Assembly: GCA_964016885.1 (NCBI GenBank) | Contig: OZ024742.1 | Location: 273,358,001-273,422,000 of the forward strand | Reading direction: 5' to 3' | Length of the DNA: 64,000 nt | Source: Eledone cirrhosa | Lineage: Eukaryota | In this document: positions 28,481 through 43,676 of the stretch, piece after piece | Numbering within the stretch: position 1 is the first letter of the stretch | Layout: each line of letters opens with the position of its first letter | Translations under genes and position numbers: made by a program | The notes under the pieces: model-generated | Database searches by the model: none | What the model saw: only the letters and a program-made list of their open reading frames with translations | What the model was told of the DNA's origin: nothing

Positions 28481-28559
28481 ATGTATATACATACTACTGT
28501 ACGTCTGTATACATATATGTATGTACGTATACAACTTATATTTAAGTATCAGCTGTACT

Positions 28560-28833
28560 AAGACTGAGAAATGAAATTTCATTTTTTCCATTCATCGTTT
28601 TCGGTACACCCGAACAACTAACTCACTCGATATGCAAATTAGGCTGCTCAGCCGTTAATATGCATAAGGAAACTATATTCTTTCAAAGGTTCAATCGATT
28701 GACAGGAAGATATACGAGGTTGATGACAGCTAATATGCTAGAAACTAGTTCATCCTTACTTAGTCAGTGTTGAACAAAAGGGTAACGATGGTTGTCGAAC
28801 GCTCTACGGCTAATAATTCGGGCTGTCTGTTTA
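28560..28833 (+). mobile_element. pLTR-like repeat family D; degenerate HHR at 28714-28755
   Basis: Reverse complement of 41355-41650; TTGATGA-cagc taatat gcta-GAAA-ctag-TT. Confidence 0.75.
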
Positions 28834-28847
28834 CATATATATATATA

Positions 28848-28903
<56 letters not shown>

Positions 28904-28906
<3 letters not shown>

Positions 28907-29814
28907 GAGGCGTGCCAGAAAAGTTGCAGGACTGACGTCACAAAGATTTATTTCAAAACCAAACTTCACACTAAGAGTTTTCTCCTTCAAAGTAATCCCC
29001 TGGAGAATGTAACTGTAATCTTAGCTCTCTGCAGCGATCAAACTTTTTTCTTCGTAGTTTTATATACATATCCTCTGTTTCAGGTTGTCAAGTAATGAGC
29101 ACAGAGCAACGAACAAACCTGAAGGTTCTCGTACGCTTGGGGAAAACGCCGTCAAAAGTACTGGGATTGCTGCAGCAAGTGTATGGAGATGAGACAATGT
29201 CACGCTCACGTGTTTTTGAGTGGTCCAAGAGGTATAAAGAAGGACGCGAGTACGTGGAAGATTACCCCAGGAGCGGAAGGCCCTCAATAACCAAGACTGA
29301 GGTTAACGTTGAGCGCGTCAGGCAGATGGTGCGTAGTGATGGTGGGCTGACTGGTAGACTGATGGCAAATGAGCGGGGCATGAATCGGGAATGCATCTGG
29401 AAGATTCTCTCTGATGATTGGACATGCGGAAAGTCTGCGCGAAGATGGTGCTAAAACTGCTGAACGATGAACAGAAGTGTGCCATGCAAGTGTGCCAGGA
29501 CATCTTCGAGCGTCTTGAAACCGAATCAGACTTGCTAGTGACAGTCATCACCGGTGATGAGTCATGGATCTTCGAGTACGACCCAGAAGGGACCCGTTTT
29601 GAAGATGTGGATGACATCAAAAAGCCCGTGACGACGGAACTGCGGAGGATCCCAGGAGAAGCCTTCCATGATGTGCAAGCAACCGTGGCAGAAAAGGCTG
29701 GAAAAGTGCATTAGACTCCAGGGGGATTACTTTGAAGGAGAAAACTTTAGTGTGAAGTTTGGGTTTGAAATAAATCTTTTGACATCAGTCCTGGAACTTT
29801 TCTGACACACCTCC
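28904..29814 (+). mobile_element. Internally deleted mariner with ~100-bp inverted termini, inserted in (TA)n
   Basis: HTH region EQRTNLK..VYGDETMSRSRVFEW..RSGRP, VCAKMV, ITGDESW, then a jump to RFEDVDDIK..GDYFE; 28907-29003 mirrors 29717-29813. Confidence 0.9.
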
Positions 29815-29868
29815 TATATATATACATATATACATATATATATACATACAGATATATATATATACATA

Positions 29869-29955
<87 letters not shown>

Positions 29956-29958
29956 TTA

Positions 29959-31135
<1,177 letters not shown>

Positions 31136-31289
31136 CATTTATAATTATATATATATATATATATATACATATTTATATACAGTAATAATAATAACTTTGA
31201 AAACTGAAACCCAAAGAGGGCTCGATAAGGATAAATATATATCAAATATATAAGAACCGTAGACCAAATATGTCTATATATATATAAAC

Positions 31290-31381
<92 letters not shown>

Positions 31382-31488
31382 TTTTTTATATATATATATA
31401 TACATAAATAAATATATAATCAAGGTTTAGCAAATAAGAAAAAGTTTCAAGATACATTTCAAAAAATTCACTGTACTCACTATGGTTG

Positions 31489-31573
31489 CCTTCACCGAAT
31501 CGGTTTCGAGTCTCAAAAATAAATGGACAGTCCTTGCGGCATTCCATTGAAAAGATAAACTCTCGTCCGAAGG
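31489..31573 (-). ncRNA. Degenerate hammerhead motif
   Basis: cctt-CGGACGA-gagtt..gactc-GAAAC-cgattcg-GTG-aagg; all three stems intact, core and cleavage triplet mutated. Confidence 0.55.
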
Positions 31574-31608
31574 TTCTTTTCACTCGGAGAATATAATTCC
31601 CGAGTTAA

Positions 31609-31845
<237 letters not shown>

Positions 31846-31846
31846 G

Positions 31847-31969
<123 letters not shown>

Positions 31970-32095
31970 TTTGGCGAGGGTCATATTTGCGTAATATTGC
32001 CAGAATTAATAACAGAACACACTCACTGTTTGGTATATATACATATATATATATATATATATACACATATATATATATATATATATATACATATA

Positions 32096-32835
32096 TTAGA
32101 AAGTGAGGTCTTTTTTTACAAAATGAAAAGTAACCGAGGTGTCCTACACGAGTGAAAGTATAAAGAAAAAGAGATGAAATCGGAAATGCAGATGGTGTCT
32201 TATTTTTTTTTTAAATATATATATTTATTTGGTTCCTTTACCGGTTTCGCAGTTCTTCTGCTTTTCAAAAGTAGAGTTGAGATGGAGGGTCTGTGGTTTT
32301 TCTCACATCTGGTTGGTCTCTGAATGTTACTTGTTTTATATTGAAAAAGTGGCTCGAAATGCCAGGTTTTTCGAGAAGTAATTTGATTGGTTTGTCAATA
32401 ATTATAATAAATTTCGCGCCAGTTCCCGTTACAATAGTTCTTCAAATAAGAGGGGGGAGTTGTCACAGGTTGTTTTTTCATATATGAGTGTTTGAATTTC
32501 TTTTTACTTGAAAAAAGGAGGCTCACGAAGGCTTTTTTTTGGTTGGTTATAAATGAAATTATGGCTGTCACGTGAACAAATTTTCATTAAATTTTTGTGC
32601 CATTATTTGGAAATCCATTCTGTAGCATCTTTAGAGAATTTTTTGATAAGTGAAAGATAATGGTCAAGAGAAAGGGATGGGATAATTGTTCTGGTTCAGT
32701 GAATATGGTTAGTTCGCTGGGGTGTCAGAATTCAGATTTTCTATTGAATAAAGAAAGTAAAGATATGTGTGTTTATTTGTGTGCTTGTGTGTGTGTGTGT
32801 GTGTGTGTCTGTGTGTGTGTGTTTGAATTTCTTTG
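32096..32835 (-). mobile_element. PLE pseudo-LTR family B, long solo copy
   Basis: Colinear with 51975-52690. Confidence 0.88.
32236..32271 (-). ncRNA. Minimal hammerhead, U3-A8 core (family B)
   Basis: ctt-TTGAAAA-gcag aagaa ctgc-GAAA-ccgg-TA-aag. Confidence 0.7.
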
Positions 32836-32841
32836 CTTTAC

Positions 32842-32895
<54 letters not shown>

Positions 32896-32927
32896 GTATA
32901 TATATATATGTATATATAAATATATAC

Positions 32928-33126
<199 letters not shown>

Positions 33127-33131
33127 CACAC

Positions 33132-33216
<85 letters not shown>

Positions 33217-33386
33217 AAGTGGATGGATACTTCAACAGGTACAATGTGCTTGTAGAAATATTCAAGTTGTTTATAATACATGTGGTTCAATGGCACTAAT
33301 TCGAGATACCAGAACAATATAAAAGTGATTATTTAATCATTTTTTAATTTATTTAGAAAATTGTTTAATAACCGTTTGTTTCGCTA

Positions 33387-33940
<554 letters not shown>

Positions 33941-33954
33941 CATATATCTATCTA

Positions 33955-34110
33955 TCTAAGGCGGGTACAATTCCCGAGATCCATGGACGAGTTCTCTCCC
34001 GCGGTCTCTGTCCCTCATTATGGGTGACATATCCTGCATCTCCAACAGACCAGTGTCTGTCCTTAGGGCATCAACATATGCTAACCTTGGTCTTCCTTTT
34101 CTAGTGTGTC
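33955..34110 (-). mobile_element. RTE 3'-end fragment
   Basis: Minus-strand translation [27 protein letters not shown]. Confidence 0.6.
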
Positions 34111-34119
34111 CATATATAT

Positions 34120-35282
34120 AGTAATAATAATACATTTACTTCTATGCAAATCTTTTTTTACCTCCGTTGTCAATCTTGTCTTCATAAAAACAGTGACTAT
34201 ATTTCCATTATTTTTTTCAAGAATAATTGATTATGAACAATTTTGAACCTCCACATTTTTGGAAGATTCAGGATTCGAATACGAAACAACATCACAGAGG
34301 AAAACACATGATCGACGATCTGACGCCTTCAGAACGCCCGAGTTCGTCGCTGAAGTTCAGGATATCATCAACAATGAACCTAGCAAGAGGATGCGTGCCA
34401 TGGCAAGTGAGAAAGGCGTGGATGAAATGCTCATTAGGCTGGTAGTACATGAAGACATTCGCTACGTTTCATAGAAAATGATGAAAGGACAATTTCTGAC
34501 AAAGGCGATGCAAGAAAAACGACTGAAGCACGCAAAGAAGCAGATCAACAAGTTGAAACACCCACTGTAGCCAGACATGCTGTGTTTTTTCTCCGACGAG
34601 AAAAACTTCTGCCAAGACCAGAAGCTCAACTCCCAGAACAACAGGTGGCTCGCTGTCTCATCCAAAGACTTGCCCAGAGTCACGCAAACAAAGTTTCCAG
34701 CGACAACATTGGTCTTAGGTGTCGTCAGCAGTCAAGGTGACGTCATGCCACCTCACTTCTTCACTGAGGGCCTCAAGCTGAACACAGATGGCTACATCCG
34801 CGTTCTGAGCGTGGTAGTAAAGCCTTGGATCGACCAGGTAGGCCGTACGTGTGGCAGCAAGATTCAGCACCCTGCCATACCAGCCGAAAGACCCAAGCCT
34901 GGCTGTCAGAGAACTTCGTCGACCACACTTAACCTGACATCTGGCCTCCCAGCTTGCCTGAGTGCAACAACCTCGACTTCTTTGTGTGGGGCGCAGTGGA
35001 ACGAGACACCAACAGATCTAGTTGCAATACGAAAGACGATCTGAAGGCCAGGATCACAAGTGCCTTTAGGGGCCTAAGTTGGAGGACAGTGACGAAGCCT
35101 GTAGCCGGTCCGAGGCCGCCTTGTGGCCGTCATCAAAGCCAATGGCGGGTTTATCGAGAGAGATCGAAAGAACAAGTCATGAAGTCAAACTGAGCCAAGT
35201 TTGATAAATATAACTTAAAATATAAAACTACTATGTTATTTCTTCCTAGAGAGTAATCTTGCGAACTAATATCGTCCGCAAC

Positions 35283-35285
<3 letters not shown>
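34120..35285 (+). mobile_element. Degraded Tc1/mariner (maT/DD37D-like) transposon
   Basis: FFSDEKNF, NSQNNRWL, VLGVVSSQG, QQDSAP, WPPS.PECNNLDFFVWG; right end ...CAACCTG-TA. Confidence 0.82.
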
Positions 35286-35345
<60 letters not shown>

Positions 35346-35712
35346 AAGGTTATATTTAATTTGTTGGAATTCAACAAACTTAAAAGTTTTATAACTGATA
35401 TAAAGCACTCTACTAGTTGGTGGAGTAAATATTCATTATATTAATAAATGGAAACTATATTTATAAAACCATAATTATGTTATATATATTTCAAGGACAA
35501 CCAAGGCAAATTTTGGGGCGCTTTCATCAGATAAAATACAAAATTCGTTTTATAAATGTTGACATACCCGCAGAAGAAAAACTTTGACGGTTGGAGGTTC
35601 GCTGGATAGTGAAACAATTTTATTGAGGGTGATTCAAAGATATGTGTGAGTATGCAAAGGAATGTCCGAAAAAATTGAAAAAACAACGGTGTATTTAAAT
35701 TATACTGTTGGA

Positions 35713-35796
<84 letters not shown>

Positions 35797-38326
35797 TGAA
35801 AAAAAGAGAAAGAAGAAGAGAAAGAAGAAAAAGAGAAAGAAAAAGAGAGAAGAAAGAAAGAGAGAGGAAGAAACAAGAGAAAGAGAGAAAGAAAAGGAAC
35901 CATATGCATAGTAATGATGAAAAAAGTTAAAGAGGAACGAGTGAAGAAATATGCTTATCAAGGGATGAATCCATATCTCGTAAATACATTTTTTTTGTTA
36001 TGTTTATATTAAAAAATATGATAAGATAAAAATGATAAATTAATGATAATGATAAATTCAAAATAGCGTTAAATTACAAAAATAAGGATATATTACATTA
36101 AAGATGCATTTACCTAGGAACAAGGACTATCTTAAACAACTTATCGGACTCATTTATAAAAGACACAGATTGCGTGCTTTTCATTTCGATAGAAAATCAG
36201 ATGTAAATGAAAATAAATCCAACTTCGATATGAACTTCAAATCCAAGAAAAATCCACCTAGCAACAAATTATTAATGGAATTTGAAAATGAAATAATTTT
36301 CAATCATACAAAACATTAAATTTAAGAAAAACCAACTTGTAGGCAAGGATTACATTAAAGGTCTCAAGAATAATATAGAAAATCTTGAAAGAACTGAAAA
36401 CATTCTTGTTAAATCTGATAAAACCAACAATCTATATGGAATGCAAAAGGACGATTATAATAATCTTATATTGAAGGAATTAAGGAAAAACTACAGGAGA
36501 GCAACCAATGATGACCTTGAAATGCTAAATGGAGCAGCTTCTAATATAATCCATAAATTAGGCTTCGAAAATAGGACTGAACCCTTTTTACCTAGAAAAC
36601 AAAAAATTAATTGAAAGACCACAAAAGAAACTTTGAGATAGAATTACCAGTTAGACTTATAGCCCCATCTAAATCGGACCTAGGCATAGTTAGTAAAAAT
36701 ATTCTAGATATAATCATACCGCAACTTAAAGAAATATCTTACTTAAAATTATCGAATGGGAGTAATGAAGTTATAGATTGGTTTATGGACATAAAATATA
36801 AGCATAACAAAAAATTCATTCAATTGGATATTGCTAATTACTACTCATCTATCACTCCTAATTTACTTAATAAAGCCCATATATACGCATCTAAATATAC
36901 TGATTTATCTAGCGATGAAATGCATATTATCTTAACTGCACGTAAAACCGTAATTAAATTTAGCAACCATCTTTGGACTAGAGCAGATAGGGATAACAAT
37001 TTCAATATCACTATGGGTCATCGGACTCGGCGCAATTAACGGATCTTGTGGGGCTTTTTGTTAACAATGCATTACATAGAAAACTACCGGAGATGACCAG
37101 TGGTTTATATCGTGATGATATGCTTTTGCTAATTGAAACTAACAATAATTCTGAAATCAATAGAAAAAAAAATCAATAATACATTTTTTTAATAGCTTTA
37201 AACTTAAGTTAGAAATAGAGAATAATTATAAAACAGTTAAATTTTTAGATGTAACATTAAACTTTAATACTGGCCTATACTATCCATTTCATAAAATCAA
37301 TGAGAATTTAAATTATGTTAACTTTAACTATAATCAACCTAGATCCGTTAAGAACACCATTGTAAATTCCGTACAGCAACGTATTTCTAGAATCTCAGCG
37401 AATAAAAATATATTTGAAGACAAGGCACAATGTTATAACGAAGCTATAAGTAGAATAGGCTATAATAATCAAATTAAATACATCGACAATAATGATACGC
37501 CAATTAACCATAATTATTATTATAATTATAATTATAATAAGAAACCTAACTCTAAAACTAAAAGAAGAAATAGAACTAGAAACATGATATGATTCGATCC
37601 TCCTTTCTCACTAAGTATTAAAAGAGCTTTAGCTAAACTATTTTTTAAAGCTCTTGATAAATGTTTTCCCAAGAGACAGATATTATTCAATCTTTAATAG
37701 ACATATAATTAAACTATCATATTCTACTACTATGAATTTAGCACAAAATATAAATAGAATTAATAATAGAAATCTCTACCAGAATAGCACTAATACCTCT
37801 AGCAATACCCAATGATAAATGTAATTGTAGAATTAAATCTAACTGTCCTTTAAATAATAACTGTTTAGTTAAAAATGGCGTCTACAAATGCAACGTTAAA
37901 ACCAACGATAATTCTTACAAGTATGTTGGCTCCACTTCTACTGACTTCAAATCTCGTTTTAATAACCATAAATGTTCGTTTAGGAATATTGGTAAAAAAT
38001 CTTCAACATCTCTATCCAACTTATTATGGAACTTAAGATCCAAGAATATAAACTATTCTTTATCTTGGAATATTGTTTCGAATGCACATGCCTACATAAA
38101 CACCTCTATATCCAAATTTTGCATCCTATGCGTTGAAGAAATATTCTTTATAAATAAATATTTCGAGCTCTATTAATTAGCGTAATAATTTATTTAGTTC
38201 TTGTAACCATCGATTAAATTCAACTTTTAGATATATATATAAAATGTAATTACACGTTTAATCTTCCTTACATAATGCTTACTCTATCCAAACACCTATA
38301 ATCTCATTTCTTAAATTATATACATA

Positions 38327-39631
38327 CAGGGTGGGGCATAATTCATGTTACAAAGTTTTAAATCAATTTAAAAATACATTATGTTGCTAATATAACTAAT
38401 ATATTTGTATCAAATCCATGCACTATAACCATATTAACTATTTTTCAGAACATTACTCCATTAACAATTTGCAATGTCCATAGAATTGAAAAGAAAGTTC
38501 ATAATAGAGAAGCATGAAAAAGGCCTGACTCCACCCAAGATATTTAAACTGGGAAAAATTCTTAAGATAAATAGAATGTTGATCAAAAGGACAATCGATC
38601 GATTTAAGGAAACTTCCTCGATCAAAGACAGACCTCGATCCAGACGCCCTCGCACCTCAAGAACACCAAAACTCGTTAAAAGTGTGAGGGAAAAAATAAG
38701 GCGTAATCCAAGAAGGTCCATGAGAAAAATGGCAGAAGAAGCAGAAACATCGCCGAGAACTATGCGGAGGATATGTCGAAATGATCTGGAGATGTCATCC
38801 TATAAGTTCCAAAAGAGGGAGCTTCTTTCTGCAGCCACAATTGAAAAGAGGCTCTCCAGAAGTAAACTGTTATTGAACTGTATCAAGGATGGCACGCTGC
38901 AAAACAACATCTTTACAGATGAGAAGTTATTCATTGTGCAGCAGTCTCACAATCATCAAAATGATCGAGTACTTGCAAAAAGTCTCAAATCAATTCCTTC
39001 AAGTGTAGGAAAAGTGTTCAGAACACAGAAACCAGCATCAGTGATGATTTGGGCAGCCATTTCTGAAAGAGGTAAGTCTCCTCTGATTTGTGTGCCTCAA
39101 GGAGTTAAAATTAACAAAGAACTTTACATAAAGGATATTTTGGAAGGAGCACTGATGCCATGGTGCATATCTGTTTATGGCGATGAAATTTGGACTCTCC
39201 AACAAGATGGAGCGACGAGCCACACTGCTTGCATAACACAACAGTGGTGTAGAGACCATTGTCCTGCATGGTTCAGTAAGGAAGAGTGGCCTCCCACATC
39301 ACCAGATCTCAATCCTCTCGATTTTTCTTTATGGTCAATTCGTGAGAGTGAAACCTGCTCTACTCCTAGCGAAAATATTGAAACTCTAAAATCAAAACTG
39401 AATAAAGTATGGGAGAAAATACCCATGGAAACTGTTCGTGCAGTCATCGAAGACTTTCCTAGAGGACTTCCAGCGGTGGTGAGAGTTAGAGGAAAGCATT
39501 TCGAATACATTTTTGTGCAGTTGTTTAATAGTATATTACTTACTATTTGTTGAAGACAGATCTTGAAATAAATGTTTTTTTTCAAGAACTATTTCCATTT
39601 TATTTTGTAACAGTTTTTATGCCCCACCCTG
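38327..39631 (+). mobile_element. Full-length DD37D (maT) Tc1/mariner transposon nested in a PLE
   Basis: TIRs CAGGGTGGGGCATAA / TTATGCCCCACCCTG, TA duplication at both ends, 1305 bp. Confidence 0.95.
38474..39553 (+). CDS. DD37D transposase, 359 aa, uninterrupted ORF
   Basis: HTH region (RSRRPR), FTDEK, QQDGA-x-SPDLNPLDF with 37 residues between the second and third D. Confidence 0.9.
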   Translation: MSIELKRKFIIEKHEKGLTPPKIFKLGKILKINRMLIKRTIDRFKETSSIKDRPRSRRPRTSRTPKLVKSVREKIRRNPRRSMRKMAEEAETSPRTMRRICRNDLEMSSYKFQKRELLSAATIEKRLSRSKLLLNCIKDGTLQNNIFTDEKLFIVQQSHNHQNDRVLAKSLKSIPSSVGKVFRTQKPASVMIWAAISERGKSPLICVPQGVKINKELYIKDILEGALMPWCISVYGDEIWTLQQDGATSHTACITQQWCRDHCPAWFSKEEWPPTSPDLNPLDFSLWSIRESETCSTPSENIETLKSKLNKVWEKIPMETVRAVIEDFPRGLPAVVRVRGKHFEYIFVQLFNSILLTIC

Positions 39632-40803
39632 TATATGTTCAGAAATTTAATTGTAATTTTAATTACTTCTTCAATATATAATACACTTCTTAAATGTGTA
39701 ATATTTCTTCATATATATACCTTTACCTTACCTTTACTTCCAAAAATATCTAATAATCCTTCTGGATTAAATACTTGAACATTTTAAAATTATATCTTAA
39801 GATGTTTTTCAAAATGTTTTTGCAAATGTTTTTGAAAATGTTTTGAAAGATTTTTAAGAGTGTTATTGAAAATTATAAAAGTATTCCTTTAGGCTAACTA
39901 ATATTTTAATATTTTCGAAATTAGTATTTTTTGAAATTTATACAATCCAATATTCTAAAGACTTTTAAATATTTTTAATATTTTTAATATTTTTAATATT
40001 TAACAACTTCCAATTAATTCTGAATAATTCTTTATATTTCGAATAATTTAGGTTCTAATTATAATTTACAAATAGGTTGTAAACATTATAAATGATTTGT
40101 GTATCTTAGGAGTTTTCTGAGATTTCTAAAAAAATTTCTAAAAAGTTCCTTAACACTTCTTTATAGGTTTTATTATCTTAATTTTTATAGTCAGAATTTC
40201 TAAATGGTTTTAGTATATACTTTTAATTAATTAATTTTTCGTAACCTTGGTAATTTTTGACTTACAACTGGTAATAAATTCTGGCTAGATATATTTTTGT
40301 CAAACCCATCTCATAATAACTAATAAATCAAACAAATCTTGAATCCCAATATTTTTCCAATGTAAAACATTATACAGTTAAATAATTATATCATCTATAA
40401 CATGACAAACCCATCTATACTCATATATTCTTATTAATATATTTCATATTTTATTTTAATATATCTTTATTTTTTAACAAATCTTCATTTTTAATATAAA
40501 TATAGCATAAAAACATGATGTATTTACGATATACGTACTCATCCTCGGATAAGCTTATTTCTTCGCACTTTCTCCCTTCACTTTTTTCACTATAACTCTG
40601 CATATAATAATATTTTCTATTTTTCTCTCTTTCTTTTTCTCTATTCTTTCTCTTTTTCTTTCTGTTCTTCTGACAGTATAATTTAAATAAACGGTTGTTT
40701 TTCAATTTTTTCGGACATTCATTTGCATACTCAAACATAACTTTGAATTACCCTCAATAAAAATGTTTTCCACCATCCAGGGAACCTTCAACCGTCAAGG
40801 TTG

Positions 40804-40862
40804 TTTTTCTGATGAAAGCGCACCAAAACTGCTTTGGTTGCCCTTGAAATATATATAATAAA
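40804..40862 (+). ncRNA. Type I hammerhead (pLTR family A)
   Basis: ttttt-CTGATGA-aagcgcacca..tggttgccctt-GAAA-tatata-TA-ataaa. Confidence 0.7.
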
Positions 40863-41354
40863 ATAATTATGGTTTTATAAATATAGTTTCCATTTATTAA
40901 TATGTTGAATATGTACTCCAGTAATTTGTTGAGTGCATTATATCAGTTATAAAACTTTTAAGCTTGTTGAATCCCAACAAAATAACTGTAACTTCTGCAT
41001 GTATATATATATATATATATACAATAAGGTGTATGTATATATTATATATATACAATAAGGTGTAATGTATATATTTTATCAAATGATTATATGGACATAC
41101 CTTATTGTATATTGCTCTGATTGTTGATTATTTAATTAATTAATTAATTTGTCATTGAGCCACATCGTGAATGGTTGCCAAAAACATATATATATCTATG
41201 ACTTAGTCTAGTTTATGTATATATAAATCTTTATATATATATATATAAGTATGTATACGTACATACATATATGTATACAAAAGTACAGTAGTATGTATAT
41301 ATATACATACATGCACATATATATATATGTACGTATGGATTTACCGAGCATGTA

Positions 41355-41700
41355 TTATGATGCTCGGTTTGTTTGTAAACAAACAAACATCCCGAATTAA
41401 GCCGTACAGTGTTTAGCAATCATCGTTGCCCTTTTGTTCAACACTGACAAAGGAACGATGTACTAGTTTCAAGCTTATTAGCTATCATCAGCACCGTATA
41501 CCTTCCTGCCAGATGATTGCACGTCTGAAAGTATATTTCTTCCCTATGCATATTAACGGCTGAGCAGCCTAATTTGCATATCGAGTGAGTTAATCGGCCG
41601 GGCACACCGAAAACGATAAATGGAAAAAATGAAACGAAATTTCATTTCAGACGTTCAATCATCTGGCAGTAAGTTATACGGTGCTTATTAGCAGTAAGAG
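41355..41700 (-). mobile_element. pLTR-like repeat family D with a short inverted cap (41650-41695)
   Basis: Reverse complement of 28560-28833; 41650-41695 mirrors 41485-41525. Confidence 0.75.
41455..41497 (-). ncRNA. Canonical minimal type I hammerhead ribozyme
   Basis: acggtg-CTGATGA-tagc taataa gctt-GAAA-ctag-TA-catcgt; 6-bp stem I; palindromic stem III ACTAGT. Confidence 0.85.
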
Positions 41701-41788
41701 AAATAGCTCAATGTACGAACATCAGTTTTTTTACAGAGTAGGGAAATAAATTAGACAATTATCAAAGTTGTGTTCAAATCATTTAATA

Positions 41789-41833
41789 GCTGACAATCGT
41801 TTCTTCCAAACTTTCGTTTGAAATCATCGGAGC
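41789..41833 (-). ncRNA. Hammerhead motif with CCGATGA core
   Basis: gct-CCGATGA-tttcaaac gaaa gtttggaa-GAAAC-gatt-GTC-agc. Confidence 0.7.
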
Positions 41834-42059
41834 ATTATCAACAACGTTTGTACATATTATTAACCTCCTATTCAACTGAACAATCATATAGATACATATA
41901 TATTGATGTTGTGATAAACAGTTTCGTATTTACAGGCTGTACTGGATGCAGCATATATTAAACGAGAATTGTACAATCATTCAAATTAAAAAGTACAGAG
42001 TGTGTTTTTTATACTTATATATTTATTTTTATTTTCTCCTTTTCTTCTTCTTCCTCCAG

Positions 42060-42176
42060 CCTCACTTTCATATTCCCTATATTTTTGTTTTTCAAATCCA
42101 CATTCAATAAAAACACCAGGATCTTTTTCCATTCTGATGACTGAAAGCAAATTTGTCTGCTTTGGAGAAACCAATG
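42060..42176 (+). CDS. Candidate host-gene exon (117 nt, phase 1/1), product unknown
   Basis: Long polypyrimidine tract plus CAG acceptor, G|GTAAAT donor, open frame; no recognised homology. Confidence 0.25.
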
Positions 42177-42215
42177 GTAAATGAAATAATTATCTTATGT
42201 TATTTATTACATAAC

Positions 42216-42246
<31 letters not shown>

Positions 42247-43619
42247 CCACACACACTTGTATAAGATCTACATATATATGTGTGTACACACACGAGTGAG
42301 GAAACATGCATACACACCCAGAGACACACTTGTATATATCCATGTACATCAAAGTATATACATATATGATTAGACATCATAATAAATTGTAGACTCGCCA
42401 GGAAGAACACTTTCTCCGACCTGACATTCGGATACATGCCACGAACAAACCATGACTTGAATACAACATAGGGATAATTGCCACTTGTTCGTCACACCAT
42501 TTCTCATTTCAGTACCACTGTTGTCTTTGTCAAGTTTTAACTTGTAACCGGTTTTAAATTTTGATCCTGTAAATGTTATGTGCATTGATTACTACGCCCC
42601 CACCACCAAACACATCGCCGGACATCCACAACCATCAAGCGCACCAACACATACCACATTCCAATGAGGCACAGACATACCAACAGAACCATGCATTCAA
42701 CACAAATGTTCGCATCAACACGTTTTCTATCAGTAATTTCACCACCACTATTCAACATCGCTTATCATACACTTTCTAACACCTCTCATCCCCACACAAT
42801 ATCACCTACATGCAACGCAGATACGCGTGCACCTGCATATCCCTCATGCACACACACGCGTGTGTACTCGCATGTATAGCTGTAGCTTTATGTACGGATG
42901 TGCATATAGGCGTATGTAGAGTGAGTGAGTGTGTATGTATGTATGCATGTCCATACGTTCCTGAGCGCACCCAAGTACAGACTTATAATAGTACGGGTCC
43001 CCGGACTCTGAGCACCCCCGTCTCGTCGGCGTGTACACATGTGGATACCCAGGCGTATGGACGACGCCTGCAAGGGCCGATGCGTCCGAAAATACGCACA
43101 ACACGTACGACGCGTGCGTGAGCCCATGTGGCCAGTGTGGGCGTCCAGGATGAATAATAAGCTACGCACATCAGACTCAGCATACCACCCACGCATGCTT
43201 GTGTGCGGTCATGTATATATGTGTATGTGTATATATACACATAAGTGTGTGTGTATGTATAAATAAGTATGCATATGTGCATGGATATATACAATTGTGT
43301 CTGTGTGTCTCTCTATATGCTTACATCCATGCTCACACCATGTTGCCTCACTCGTGTGTGTACACACATATATATGTATGTCTAATATATATATATATTG
43401 GAAAATGTCTGAGATCCTTGTACAGTTAGGTATATTTGAAAAAAAGGAAAATAATTACTTCACTTGTAGTGTTAAAAAAGTTTAATTTTATAATATTATA
43501 ATATTATGAGTTGGTAGATGTAGTGAGTTCTTTGCTAACTTCGGTGGGAAGAATTATAACGATTCCTGGTTAACATGGGTTGGAGAACTTTCTCGCATTC
43601 GTCTGTGGCGATTGTCAAA

Positions 43620-43676
<57 letters not shown>

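Larger units (their letters stand above)
35348..40995 (+). mobile_element. Penelope-like element with inverted 5' pLTR (35348-36020), decayed RT/GIY-YIG (~36050-38230) and 3' pLTR (40480-40995)
   Basis: LKDHK, VRLIAPSKSDLG, FIQLDIANYYSSI, GLYRDD, FLDVTL, GVYKCNV..YVGST..FKSRFNNH; termini are reverse complements; HHRs at 35477-35535 (-) and 40804-40862 (+). Confidence 0.9.

Noticed and set aside
25690-28490. TSD for the hATm element
   Set aside because: Flanks (GGTGGTGGG versus ATGTATATA) do not match
35712-35900. ER/RK-rich ORF
   Set aside because: (GA)n and purine tract within the inverted pLTR
42134-42160. CTGATGA-ct-GAAA..TC as a hammerhead
   Set aside because: No stem I or stem II, and stem III is mismatched
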